DNA of 64,000 nt, from NCBI RefSeq assembly GCF_037042905.1, contig NC_087250.1, positions 7,628,001 through 7,692,000 on the forward strand, written 5' to 3'. A program made the translations under genes and the position numbers. Below, piece by piece: positions 1 through 13,142 of this stretch (positions are counted from its first letter, which is position 1; each line of letters opens with the position of its first letter). A model generated the notes under the pieces. It was not told where the DNA came from, ran no database searches, and saw only the letters and a program-made list of their open reading frames with translations. The DNA is from Lytechinus pictus (Eukaryota).

Positions 1-329
1 TTCTATCAGACATTAATGATACAGAAGATTGGGTTCACACCAGTCTTTTTGTAGGCATACAGTGATGTGGTAAGAATCATTGCCAGTATTTAACTTTCAT
101 GAATTCATTCCAGAAATTCCATCTATGTTTTCAGTAATCTTCCTTTATTTCACCTTGCTTCGTTTCATTCCAAAGTTTTTATAAAACTTCTTTCAATAAC
201 TATGTCTTTCAATTCTATTATGAAATAAGAATCATTGTAAGAAAAATTGTGAAAATTAATAGAAATATATGTATGTACTGTATATGTATGTAGTTGCATA
301 TGTACAGGCTTTAGATGCTTATTGTTGTT

Positions 330-635
330 GGACCGTATTCTGAACTCGGGTTTAAATTAAACCCTGGTTTAAAGTTGTGGTTTAACTATGGAGAGCCAAC
401 TGGGGCACAAATCCCTAACAGTATACATCCAATTTATTAACTCATATAACACACAAATTATTCATAATTGTCTGGGAATGATAAATGAAGTATTTTGAAG
501 TATTTTTCTTCATTATGAAAGCAAAATAGTAAACATAAGAAATATACAATAGAAACATAATTTTTGGCTCCCCATAATTTTAGCACAGACTTAGACCATG
601 GTCTATTAGTTAAACCTGACTTCAGAATACGGACC
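330..635. mobile_element. MITE with GG(A/T)CCGTATTCTGAA terminal inverted repeats (PIF/Harbinger-like)
   Basis: Left end ggaccgtattctgaa, right end ttcagaatacggacc, gtt on both flanks (3-bp TSD). Related copies at 37740-38051 and 61447-62066. Confidence 0.75.
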
Positions 636-873
636 GTTGGGTTTAATTGGAGATTGGTTGATTATTACTATTATACCTTGATATGAGTTGAGATGGTGCA
701 AGTTAATATAATTCATATTTCATCAAGTTTTTTCAACGTTTTTATCTTAGTATTCTATAATATACATGTATGCTTTCAGTGGCGGATCCAGGTTGAAGTA
801 GAGGGGGTGCCGGCGACAATTTTCTTCAATTTAGCAAAAGTAGTATAATGGATGTTCAATGGGTGATTCTTAA

Positions 874-1285
874 GGCGACCGCACACCTTACGATTGGTCT
901 GCGACCCGATTTCAGAATAAAATGTAATAGAATGTGATGCTAATATTGAGACTTTGAATATCTTACTGTGTAATGTTCTAAATCATCGTACGAATACCTA
1001 TATTCAAATCAGTGACTATGCTATCATCCTTCTTAGAATAAAAGCGAATTTAATATCTAGTCGTAATGACGTCATAGCAGTCGTTCGATTGGTTACGATT
1101 TGAAACTAATTTTGCCTTTACTCCAAAATAAAGGCTTGCAATCTTTCAAAATGGTTATATTAGTATTCTTTTAATAAATTTTAACCTCAAGTAAAATGAT
1201 GTTCCATTCACATTTTCAGAAAATGAGCAAAATGCGATTTGTTCCAAAATCGGATCGCGAACAGTCGTAAGGTGTGCGGTGGCCT
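874..1285. mobile_element. TIR MITE (GGC.ACCGCACACCTTACGA ends, TTAA flanks) nested in a CAGTGGCGGATCC-type element (~778-1338)
   Basis: ggcgaccgcacaccttacga ... tcgtaaggtgtgcggtggcct; related copy at 61704-62044. Confidence 0.7.
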
Positions 1286-1745
1286 TTAAATATAGAGGGG
1301 CGTGCACCCCTTGTGCCTTTGTCAGAATCCACCACAGTGCTTTTACTATATTCTGTCTTCTTCATAATAAATTATGCAGAGAACATTAAAATTGATTCAT
1401 ATTATGCTGCACTGAACCCATGTGAGGTGAATGGGTACGTGGCAGGAATTTATTCCTTGAAATGCTTGAAGAATAAAATTGCTTGTATAGCATATATCAC
1501 TGCCTTGGCGTCCCTACATGTACATGTATATGTCAAGATAACAACATCTAAGTTCCTTGGAAAGCACATAGAGAAGTTAAAAGTATGTGATATATATATG
1601 CACTTCATAAGAATTGTATATTATCATTGATATAGATTACACTACTTCCTGTTACTTTCTTGTTTTATCATTTTCTTTGTGAAACTTTTATACCTGAAAG
1701 CTGTCAATAGACTACTGCTTCATATAACGTTAAAGGACGATTGAA

Positions 1746-2304
1746 TTTTTATACGCCCGTCTAGACGGGACGTATTATGGTATCACGCTCGGTGTCCGTC
1801 CGTTATCTTTTACTTGTAAACACGATAACTTCAGTTTGACTTAACCTAGGCTCATATAATTTGATGTGTATGATACTAGCATGAATCCCAGGAAGCCTAT
1901 TGATTTTGAGATCAAAAGGTCACAGTGACCTATTTTCATCTTACCCTTCTGCAGTCCTTGAAAACACGATGACTTCAGTTTAACTTATTCTAGGCTCATA
2001 TAATTTGGTGTGTATGATACTAGCATGGATCCCAGGAAGCCTATTGATTTTGAGGTCAAAAGGTCAAGGTCACACTGACATGTTTTCATCTTACCCTTCT
2101 GCAGTCCTTGTAAACGCGATAACTTCAGTTTACTTAATCTAGGCTCATATAATTTGGTGTGTATGATACTAGCATAGATATCAGCAATTCTATTGATTTT
2201 GAGGTCAAAGGTGAAGTCGCCACCTTCCACTTGTTTGACCAATAACTCAATTTTTTGCGTTACAGGCGGGCGTATTATGTGCTCGCCTTAGCGACACTCT
2301 TGTT
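1746..2304 (+). mobile_element. Helentron-associated non-autonomous element (HINE/DINE-1-like) with three internal ~145-bp tandem units
   Basis: T-run insertion site; 5' subTIR atacgcccgt with adjacent inverted repeat gacgggacgtat; short (gtcc)n; tandem units at ~1813, ~1957, ~2107; 3' subTIR gcgggcgtat; 3' hairpin gtgctcgc-ctta-gcgacac. Confidence 0.65.
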
Positions 2305-5300
2305 TAAATAAGTGTGAATTTGTTCATGTTATGTTCTTTGTTTTGAACAGTGTGAAAATCGTTCAATCAGTTTTAATGATCTGACTGCAACTTAAGTTGA
2401 TTTGTAGGGGAAGGTGAGGTTCTTAATAATGCAATATGTTTCTGTGTTTGTTCCCAATCAAAATCCATGTATTTGACACAGAGTCAAAGTCAAATGTTTT
2501 TTTCAGTACTTTAAATATACATGTAAAAAATGCAAAACAAATTTGCCAAAATCATTTTTCTTTTTGGGGTAATCTTGAATGAAATGCCTGTATTATGCGT
2601 ATGTGAAAGGTGAGGTTTTTTACCCCTCATGCCCTTAATTTCATGTTCAGATTAAAATGAGGGGTAGGAGGACAAAACCAGAATTTGATGACCATATATG
2701 GTCCCAATTCGCCCTTTTTGTAGTTTAAAAAAAAAAGTAGAGAGGAAAGTTGAAGTAAAAGAAAAATAAAACGGAGGAGGGGTAAGTAGAAGAAGAAAGG
2801 GAAATAAATATAATAATAATAGTATTGCATTTATAGAGCGCTTAAATATCAAGATCTCTAAGCGCTCTACATTAATTAGAAGACTTATTGAATTACGATC
2901 ATTTTACATTCTATATTATTATGTTAACATTAAATATACAAAATATCAAAAGAAAATGACTGAGAAGAAGAAGTTGGAGTATCTTTTTTATCCTACTTTT
3001 CCCCATTCTAATACCATATTTTTTATCAATTTTTTAAAATATCTTATAAGGATAGCATAAATTTATTTCTTTACCGTCCATTAAGATGTACATGTTTAAT
3101 GTGAATGCTGTACGTACCTACATGTATAAATTAAATGCAATTATATATCAATAACATCTGTATATAATAAAGATATGTATATAAAGAATAAAGAGTGAAT
3201 TATAATTATATGTCAATATTATTTGCTGTTTTTCTGTTGAATCTTTTGATTTTACTTTGTTGCTGTTTGTTCTTTGCTTAATAGTCATTTTGCTTTATAA
3301 GATAAAAAAAAACGATTAAAAAAAACCCATAAAATTAGCACAAATTACATTACAAAAAGTCTATAGAATGTTATGTTCTGCAGTCCAGTTTGTGATAATT
3401 TTTTCAGCTCACTTCACGCGCTCGCAATTATCCTTTTATTGAGGTACTCGAAGTTTCTTAAACTTTGAATTCTGATCTCGGAAGTCAATATTTACGTGTG
3501 CACTGGTAATTAGCCTAAAGATATTAACACTGGGCACAATGTTTAAGGTGTGCTAATTTGTTGTCCTTTTTTATTGCCGATTTATCCATGACCGTATAAA
3601 TTCTTTCCCGATCGCACATACAACATTGCGAAGTGATTAGTGTGCTTGAGTCAACGAACTTTACTTTATAAGCCTCGCCCCGTCTTGAACAATACAAGTT
3701 TTCTTTTCTGAAATATCGTCGAATTGTTCAGCCGTAACCGATGTCGCTTTTGTGTATTCCTTTACAACTTCCATGCGGTATTATCCAACAAACTATACTA
3801 TACTACAAACACCCACAGTTTCATTCATCCCCCACTTGTAATCTTACAAAGTTCAAGGCAGACATCATCCACTGTTTTATCTTCATACTTACACAGGGGA
3901 TCTTGTCTCCCCGTTGCCCGATGAGAGTTTTGGGTGTGGAAAGGACCAGTCCCAGTGAACTTATGAATAAAGCCACGCCCCTGACAATAGAAGATGCTCT
4001 ATGTTCATTGTGCGCACCGCGTAACCGAGTCTATCTATTGGCTTTTACGTACAGCTAGTAGTCGTCGAGTACAGACTCTGTGCTCAAGTATGTATATATT
4101 TTTTCTATTATTGATTTAGTGCTTTATGTATGAGGGGGTGGGGTAGTCCATAATATCACTTGATCCTGTGTGGACCCCTCAAGTGCTGTAGGGTGGGGAA
4201 GGGACAAAGTGCTCCCATTTTTTAATATCCCAAAGTGACCTTCAAGAACACCAAAAATGACATTAAACTGTTGTTTTTATTATTTATCAGCCCCCCTCAC
4301 CCTTAGCTGATAAAAAGTTTCAAGTTTCAAGATTTATTGATCAAAATCCACACATGTTATTGGACCATTCTCAATTTTACAAACAAACACTTATATTGGC
4401 AATTACAGTGAGACACAAAGTTACAAATCAAATATATAAATAAATACGAAATACAGAGATGGATGGATAGATAGATAGAAATATAGTGGGCCCCTTACAG
4501 ATAGTAGTTTTTAAGAAACATTAAAAGTACTCAGATCACATTCTTGAAAAATTATGGTCAACAAATTTTTCTGTTTAACCCTAAAACATATTCGATACAT
4601 ATTCAAATCAATAATTGACCTCTTATAGCATATATGTAAATTGTGTTTCACATGACAATGATGATAAAATTAGATTTTTTCATAATTCATATAAAGAAAT
4701 AGAGAAATAGTGAGTGGGTGACGTCATCAGTCGGCCTATTTGCATACCGACCGGTATGTGCATTTGAACTGTTCTGTGAAATTAAGCTAAACTTTGAATT
4801 GTCATATTTTTCTTATTTTAAATCTGATTTTGTTGACATTTTCAGTGTTTTGCTTGTTGGATTTTTCTCCTTTTATTCAAATCAACTTTTTGTTGGGGTG
4901 GACTTGTCCACTTGCTTTGAGAACAAAAAATAAAAGTCAAATTTGCCTATAATAATAGCACTGAAAATCTATTTCGGACGTTAAATAAGAAAGTTAGATG
5001 ATTAAATGTTTTGCTGAATTTCACAAAAGAGTTAAATGCTCACCCTGATCTTCATTCAAAATACCACTCACATTTTTTTTTATTACATGAAAACTATTAC
5101 ATATTTCCTTTTTTCCTCACAAAATGTCATACAATTCCGCCCTGCACATGTAAAATTGCCGTTGTTGCAAGATAATTTTTGTGATTCAATGAATATTCCT
5201 TATCACCATATCTGAAAAATTTGATTTTTTCTTTTCTTTTATAAATACTTGGAATAAAATCTTACATAAATAGGTGTGTCTTCACCGACTCTCTGCATAA

Positions 5301-6627
5301 TTTGCATCTGTGCATATAACTGTTTTGTGAAAAGTACACGAAATGCTAAACCTTTTTAATTTCAAATCCGAATTTGATAAAAAAAAATTAAGCATTACGC
5401 TTTTTTTATTTATCTCTAATAGACGGAAATAATCTTTATGTTTTGGTAGACTTCAATTTTAAATTTCATACGATCTGGGTGTTTCATACTGATGATACTT
5501 ACACAAAGGTCTAGCAATATGAGACTATTATTAGTTAAGGGGTGCGTGCAAAACGGCAAGTAAGTTCAACCGGTCGCCGTTCTACCACCAATACAACGTA
5601 TAATTGGCGCTCGCGATCGAATAGTTTGGGGAATCTATTCCAAGTTTTCGGAACGGATCAACTTTCGCATATACGGACAAATATTGACCTTGTAAGTTCG
5701 AAAGGTCCACCTCTGAACGAAGACACTTTCTGAAAGTACTCCAAGACGTTAACACACTCCTAAGGATATAGATAGTATTGAAAATATATTCAAGGTAAGA
5801 TTGATATTAATATATTTTGACTGCTTTTGCATTTATTGACGAGTTCTTTTTTAAGAGTTGAATGAAGTTTGGTGGTGGTAGGCCTATTATTCTATTCTCT
5901 GTTGTGTAATGCCGGTTGTTCGTTGGTATATGAGAATAACACACTTTTACAATGAGATGGCTTGAGAATGAATGACGTGAAAGAGCGCGAAGTATATACC
6001 GGTAGTATATAGGCCTATATACTCCGAAAAATGGATGCAGAATCATAATTATGTAGGCCTTTTTATCATAAGTAGAAAAGTTCAAGCGGCGCCTGCCACC
6101 CCCCCCCCCCCCTCCTTCCCCACCCACCCTCAGAAATGTGATATAAAACAGATTTTCTTGCCCCCTATATATACCCTGAGTGAGGAACTTAAGTCCGCGC
6201 CAATCGAGACACCTCGTATCAAATTATCACTGGAAATAAGGGTTAAAATGTCTGGAGTATACTTACACATCCTGCTGAAGTGCTATATCTTGACCCAACT
6301 ATATTGGAAAAGTAAATACGAGAAGGGGTCCTAAGCCTTTCTGAGTCGAGATCGAATTCTATATGTCGGCGGTTGGACAATATTTCTTTTGAAAACAGGT
6401 TCTGTTTTTTTGTTCCTTCTCAATAAATACTCCTTGGTATGACTCTGTTCTCTCTGAAATATATAGACTTCAAATAAATTTGTGTGAAATATTCGTTATT
6501 CACTTTAATCTCACTCCAAATTGAGTTATGATGTCACTTTCATGGGGAGTGAAAACGAGTGAAAATTAACACTTTTTTAGAGAAAGAGAATATAAGCGGT
6601 CGAACATAAATTTTAAAACAGGTCCTA

Positions 6628-6817
6628 CACTCTAAAAACAAATCAGTCAAAAAATGACTAGTTAATAGGGTCAGCTGAGTGCAGCTGTTATGCTAGTCGT
6701 ATTTTACTAGAACAGAGTTATTTCTAATTAGAATATATGTCAGAAATGTGACTAGCATATCAGTTGCACCCAGCTGACTACTTGTCTGGTCAATTTGACT
6801 GATTTGTTTTAAGAGTG
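6628..6817. mobile_element. Palindromic MITE with CACT...AGTG ends and TA flanks
   Basis: ta|cactctaaaaacaaatcagtcaaa ... tttgactgatttgttttaagagtg|ta. Confidence 0.75.
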
Positions 6818-7631
6818 TATACGTTTGTATTTTCTTGTTATAATAAATCCCTTTACGTGATTTTATTCATTTTGAGAAAATATACTTCATGAATTTTGCC
6901 GAAGCATTTTCCAACCGATATTTTCATTATTTTGACATTCGTATTTCAACCGAGAATGACTGATGTTTATTTATTTATTATTTTAATCTATCATAACCTA
7001 AATCAAACACACCTTTTACTTTTCGTGATAGTCATGTATTATTTACCTTGAAAATACGAGTCTCCGAGCTTGCATTATGGATACATTCTTGTCATAATGA
7101 ATTCGGAATTGAAATTGAAATGGAAATGTGTACACACAATAATTGGCACTTTGTTAGCTCGATATAGCATACATAATTCATTGGTATGTATGCATGGGTG
7201 ATAATAGCGAAGGGTGAATTTTTTATCAAAAAAAAAATTGTCATACTCCTACATCTAATTTCAAGCCATCGATGAACCGTATGGTATGCACTTGAATAAA
7301 AAGCGTAGGTAACTTGAAACAGTGGTAATATTTTATTGCGTGTAAATACATGGGTCAGGAATCATTTCTTTGTTATTATTATTTGCCTACACGCAACGTT
7401 TGGTTAATCTGTTGGGGGTCTCACCCACACACGTGGAATCTGATATCGCACACCCACCCACACCTCCCTTCCTTGGAAGCAGTATAGCATACAGCATTTG
7501 ATTTCTTGGCAAATATTGTGGTATGAATGGTATGAAGCATAGCAGTTATTCTATGATTTGCATCATTCCTACATGAACAAAGTGTTGTATCCTTGGTTTG
7601 TGTATGTCTTGAGCTGGTACCCCCCCCCCCG

Positions 7632-8393
7632 CCTGCTGGAAAGAATACAGTAACTCACAGTGTGTTCACGCGTCTGCCACTGTGAAAATATTATTCACAC
7701 TGTTAAAATGCTCAAATTCAACAGTGTCACACCTCGACAGCGTGACCGTTCACGGCGTGTTCACATGGTCGACAATGTGAATATGTGATTTACACCGTTG
7801 AAATGCTCAAATTCAACAGTGTGAAGATATTTTCACACTGTGGACACTTCGACAGTGTAACTGTTCACAGCGTGTTCACATGGTTGACTATGTGAATATG
7901 TGAGTCACACTGTTGAAATGCTCAAATTCAACAATGTGGAGATATTTTCACACTGTGGACACCTCGACAGTGTGACTGTTCACAGCGTGTTCACATGCAT
8001 GGGCGATTGTGTGAATATGTGATTCACACTGTTGAAATGCTCAAATTTAACAGAGTGAAGGTGATTTCACATTGTGTTACACACTGTGTGAAAAATTGTA
8101 AGATATTTTCACACTGTGAATACCTCGACAGTGTGACTGTTCACGGCGTGTTCACATGGTCGCCTATGTGAATATGTGATTCACATTGTTCATATGCTCA
8201 AATTCGACAGTGTGGAGATATTTTCACACTGTAGACACCTCGACAGTGTGACTTTTCACAGCGTGTCCACATGGTCGACTATGTGAATATGTGAGTCAGC
8301 ACACTGCTGAAATTGAACAGCGTGGAGGTGATTTAATATTGTGTTCCACACTGTGAACTCACTTTGGGACACTGGGTTCTTTCCAGTATAGGG
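7632..8393. mobile_element. TIR element (CTGGAAAGAA.ACAGT ends) carrying a CACACTGT/ACAGTGTG-rich minisatellite
   Basis: ctgctggaaagaatacagt at left, actgggttctttccagta at right; internal ~120-bp tandem units. Relatives at 9532-9810 and 20750-21670. Confidence 0.65.
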
Positions 8394-8560
8394 ACGACCT
8401 GGTTTCACTACATAATTCAATTGTATTCCCATGCATGGGAAAGCTCAGCGAAACCATGTTTTTGTTGCCTCGAAGTTAATGAAATGTGACTAATGTGCTA
8501 TGTCTACCTTTTTACTAGACTTCTTTATGATCAAAATGAATAAGAAATGTCTCATATTAA

Positions 8561-9142
8561 AGGGATGGTCCGGGCTGAACGTATTTATGGCTTAATAAAT
8601 AGAGTAGAATTCACTGAGCAAAATGCCAAAAATTTCATCAAAATCGGATAACAAATAATAAAGTTATTGAAGTTTAAAGTACAGCAATGTTTTGTGAAAA
8701 CAGTCGTCATGAATATTCATTAGGTGCGCTGATGATGTCACATCTCCACTTTCCGTTTTCTTATGTTATTACATAAAACCATAATTTTTTCATTATTTCA
8801 TACTTGTGTGAATAATATGTCTCCCTTATAATGAAATAAGTTGCAGCAATAAATATCTAATGCACTAAATCAGTTGTCAATCCAATTTTTCTAGTTCTTG
8901 GAGGAAAAAAATTGAATAAACCTAATTTCAAATAATAAAATACAAAAGAACAAGTGGAGATGTGACATCATCAGCCCACCTAATGAACATTCATGACGAC
9001 TGTTTTCACAAAATATTGCTAAACTTTAAAATTCAATAACTTTGTTATTTGTTATCCGATTTTGATGACATTTTTGGCATTTTGCTCAGTGAATTTTACT
9101 CTATTTATTAAGCTATACATACTTTTAGCCTGGACCATCCCT
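8561..9142. mobile_element. Kolobok-like non-autonomous DNA transposon (TTAA TSD, AG...CT termini, near whole-length palindrome)
   Basis: ttaa|agggatggtccgggct ... agcctggaccatccct|ttaa with long internal inverted arms. Confidence 0.8.
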
Positions 9143-9531
9143 TTAAGTCTTCGAGACAGTTCCCCATAGATTGACAAATCAGACAGAATTGATAAATGGA
9201 ATGACATTTCCATTGTAATGAACAAATACCGAAGCCACGTAAGGTTGCCCACATATACATGACAAGGCATAACAGCCGCAAACAGTAGTGTAATCTGTAA
9301 TGACCCCAAAATTCGAGGAACCATGCAGATATGCCTTATGGGGCAATAAAGGGGGCAATAAGTCTTAAAAGCTGCGAGTGAGCGAAGCGAATCAAGCAAT
9401 CGATAAAAAATGCCAAAAAAATCCATTTCTGTGATGGATTTGAACACAATCAGTGTCATATTTCACCCTCTTTCCGTTCCCCTTTTCTTCCATTTTCTCT
9501 TTTTTTTTATTAGTCTTGAAACTTTCCCTGC

Positions 9532-9810
9532 AGCTGGAAAGAATACAGTACAGTGTAATCACAGTGTATTTACTAAGTGGACTATGTGAACATGTTATTC
9601 ACAGTTACAATTCTCTAATTCAAAAGTGTGAAGATACTTTTCACACTGTGGACACCTCGACAGTGCGACTGTTCACAGATACGTGATCACATGGTTGACT
9701 ATATGTGAATATGTGGTACAAAATGTGACAGTGTGTAGGTGATTACACATGGTGTGTCACACTGTGATTGTAAACACACTGTGGAACACTGTGTTCTAGA
9801 CAGTATGGGC
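9532..9810. mobile_element. Short copy of the CTGGAAAGAA TIR/minisatellite element
   Basis: agctggaaagaatacagta start and the same cacactgtggacacctcgacagtg unit as 7632-8393. Confidence 0.55.
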
Positions 9811-10063
9811 CATGCCCCCCCCCGCCCCTCATCTGTACGGTACACACACACAAAACGAGTTGATGGAGATGTAAGGGATTGATACATTCTTGGCCGTAAT
9901 ACACAATATTTGCATTTTGCACCGAGGGGACACTCCACAGACTTTGAGCCATTCCGATACAGTCATACCAACGAAACCGACTTCAGACCCATTAAAGCTA
10001 ATACGTTATTTCCAATGACATACAATCGGTCAGATTGGATCGGTGTGACTGCAGCAGACTATA

Positions 10064-10655
10064 CACATTAAAAACGCTAGCTGTTTAAAATTTCATACAA
10101 CGTTGTCTTACTATACAGGGCAATTCCATAAAATGATCAACCTTTTTGTACGTCCGACCCCCATTTTTCTCATTGTTTAACTTCATTCATAGACTGGCCA
10201 AGTCCATGAAGTCATGGTCATTTGAGAGTATTAAAGACTGTCAAAAGAACCAGGGGAGCGTTTCATCAACATTTTTATCCGACAAGTTGTCAGATCTGAC
10301 ATCTTTCCTTAATTTTGATTGGCTAATAAGAAATGTTACTATGGTAACTGTCGGATAAAATGGGACTTGTCGGATAAAACGTGTGACAAGTCCTTTCATG
10401 AAACGCTCCCCTGAAATCAGAGACAGAAAATGTCATGAAGGTCCCACATTATAGGGGGTCGGACGTACATATTTTATGGAATTGCCTATTAATTAGTGGT
10501 TTAACAATTTAAACAACCATGCTCAATTTATTGAGAATTCATTATTAAAAATGACACTTTGTTTAAGATTTTAGTCACTTGTTTAAACTGTTTAACCAAC
10601 TATTGTAAGGTTCATATAATAAACAGCGTTGTTTACAAAATGATTTTGTACAGTG
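10064..10655. mobile_element. Three nested MITEs (outer CAC..CAGTG; middle GGGCAATTCCATAAAA 10118-10486; inner CAGGGGAGCGTTTCAT 10251-10413)
   Basis: Each layer has its own terminal inverted repeats; the middle family recurs at 62941-63141. Confidence 0.65.
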
Positions 10656-12077
10656 TTAAAACACTCTAATTAATGTTGAACGAATTTCCTAACAAGTTGG
10701 CATGTAAGACATAATATTTGCACAAAGGTAACACTTCCAAACTTTTGCTCTATTTTGAGGCCCCAATTACACAAACCACATCAATCGGAGCTAATACATT
10801 ATTTCGAACGGTATATCATTGGTTGATTGTCGTTGATGTGACCGTATAGCAGACCGCATAGCATGTACGGCTTTTCTTCATGTTGTCGAGCAAATTTCCT
10901 AACAAGTTGGTACGTAAGAAGGTGTTTCGCCTATATTGTGTTGCTCTTGAACCCCGGCCAGGTATTCTATTGTTCACCCCAAGAAGAGGAATAACAACTT
11001 CAGAACATATCCAAAGGGACATTAAACGCAATCCAAAAATTGTGAGAGGTTATACATCGGCCCATGCATCAGAGTTATCTTACCCCTCCCCCAATAAACG
11101 CCCTTATTTGGCCCTTTGGCCATGGTCTTGCAGCGGGGAGGGGGTAATTAAGATGTACTTGCGCCACCCCTCCTCCCCCCTCTCCTCCTGGACCACTGCA
11201 GAAATGTTTTTGGAAATATGTTGTTACTTTTTTTACAACCCACCCCCCCCCTCTAAGAATTGATGGACAAAATTCGTGTAGTTAGCTCGATCGCTTCACT
11301 CACTCGCTTACATCACACCTGTGCAAGCCTTTATTCGACAGTTACCATTAGGAACTGTGTTCCTCAGCCAAGGAAAATCAAGGAAAGTTGTATGATCAGA
11401 CGAAAAGTGTTGAAAAAACGTTCTCGTGTTCATTTATGATGATTGCACCCGCGATTTTACCTCCCCAATATCATTGATTTTTTTTGCATACAAATATTAT
11501 CTGATATTTGCCATGGGTATCATTTACCCAACTATATACGACTATGGACTATTAATCTAATCACCCCCCCCCCCCCCCCACTCGCACCCCTAAAAGTCCC
11601 TGATTACTTTTGAACGAGACCAATATTTCCCTTTAAAACTAACTTGTTGTGGACCGGGGAAGCGTTTTAAAAAGAGCTTTTGTCAGTGATTTTCGCCAAT
11701 GGATGACGTGAAACAAGCTACTGGAAATCCCCCCGTCTGATTGGTTAAGTGCACATTTTGTCAGTGAGATTTATTGAAAAATCTCCTCATGAAATATGCT
11801 CCCTACGCAGATAAAGCCTGGGAAATCAACTCCTCTCCAGATCTAACTCTATTCTTCGTTTCAACAAAAAATAATAATGATAAAATAAAGAATGAGGAAA
11901 TACACAAAACGGAATAAATGTAATGAAATATTTTGGTACTGTATGGGTTCGACTAACTCTATTCAATTTTGCCCCATTCATTACTTTATTTCATACTCGG
12001 TAAAAAAAAACATCAAACAAACGAAATTTGCAATAGATACTAAAGGATTCATGAATGAATAGAAAGTGAAACCAGTA

Positions 12078-12304
12078 CACTGTAAAAACTGCGGTGTTAA
12101 AACTGACACCAGTTGGTGTACACCCCGAGGTGTTAAAATTACACCCTAGAGATTAAAAATAACACCAAAGCGTGTAAATGTAACAACCAAAGGTGTTGTA
12201 ATGACACCTATAGGTGTAAAACTAACACCACCAATTCAACACCGGTGTAAAATAACTGGTGTGGTCCTCTATGTACACCGGTTAACACCACAGTTTTTGC
12301 TGTG
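12078..12304. mobile_element. CACTG-ended MITE with AACACC/GGTGTT internal repeats
   Basis: ta|cactgtaaaaactgcggtgttaa ... ttaacaccacagtttttgctgtg|ta. Confidence 0.7.
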
Positions 12305-12925
12305 TAACTACAGAACGAAAATCCTAAAGGCGTATACCCCTAAACATTGTTACATCCATATTGCAATTGTTTGATTTCATAATCGCATTTTCATCCCACA
12401 TTTCGAATTATAGTTGTAATTTAAAAACAGATTGTGAATAGATTCAGATAATGAAACTAGGAACTAAAGATGTAAAAATCATTTTGACAAAAGAACCCCA
12501 AACATCATAATGCTTGCTCTCGGGTTAACTAATTTTCATCATCAATTTCAATATTTCTATTTCTAGCTGAAATTGAAATCCGTGAATGAGTTTAGAAAAT
12601 GAAACCATGAACTATGCAGACAAAAAGCGGATAAGCGTCCGTCCCTATATCGCCGTGAACATTCGGATTATGGAAATTATGGTTTGATTTCGTTGTCGCA
12701 TTTTCATAATCTGCAATGAATTTCAATATTCTAATTAAAATTGTAATTTGAAAGGTTATAAACTACTATCCAATCTAATAATCGTGCAAAACAACACATG
12801 GGATTTTATTATGTATAGTCCCTTTTATTTCCACCTGATAAGCTTGGAGGAAAAAAAACAGCGAACATTTTTTTAAACTTTGCTGTTATAAATCAAGTGG
12901 TTCCGGATATTGTTTCCATGCACTT

Positions 12926-13142
12926 CGCACAGTTACACCAACGAAACCGGTTCCAAACCGACCGATGATGTGCCATTGAAAATAACGTAATAACTTTGAT
13001 CGGTTTGAGTCGGTTTGTCTAGTGTGACTGCGAACGATACCACGGTCACACAAGAAACCGACTGCAAACCGATCGATGTTATTACGTTATTTCCAATGGC
13101 TTACCATCGGTCGGTTAGGAATCGGTTTCGTTGGTGTGACGA
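12926..13142. repeat. Two adjacent short palindromic elements (ACACCAACGAAACCG...CGGTTTCGTTGGTGTGA family)
   Basis: Same ~100-bp hairpin family at ~9958-10052, ~20092-20193 and ~20401-20505. Confidence 0.55.

Noticed and set aside
7660..8340. Regularly spaced repeats resembling a CRISPR array
   Set aside because: Whole units repeat with no unique spacers, there are no cas genes, and the context is eukaryotic.
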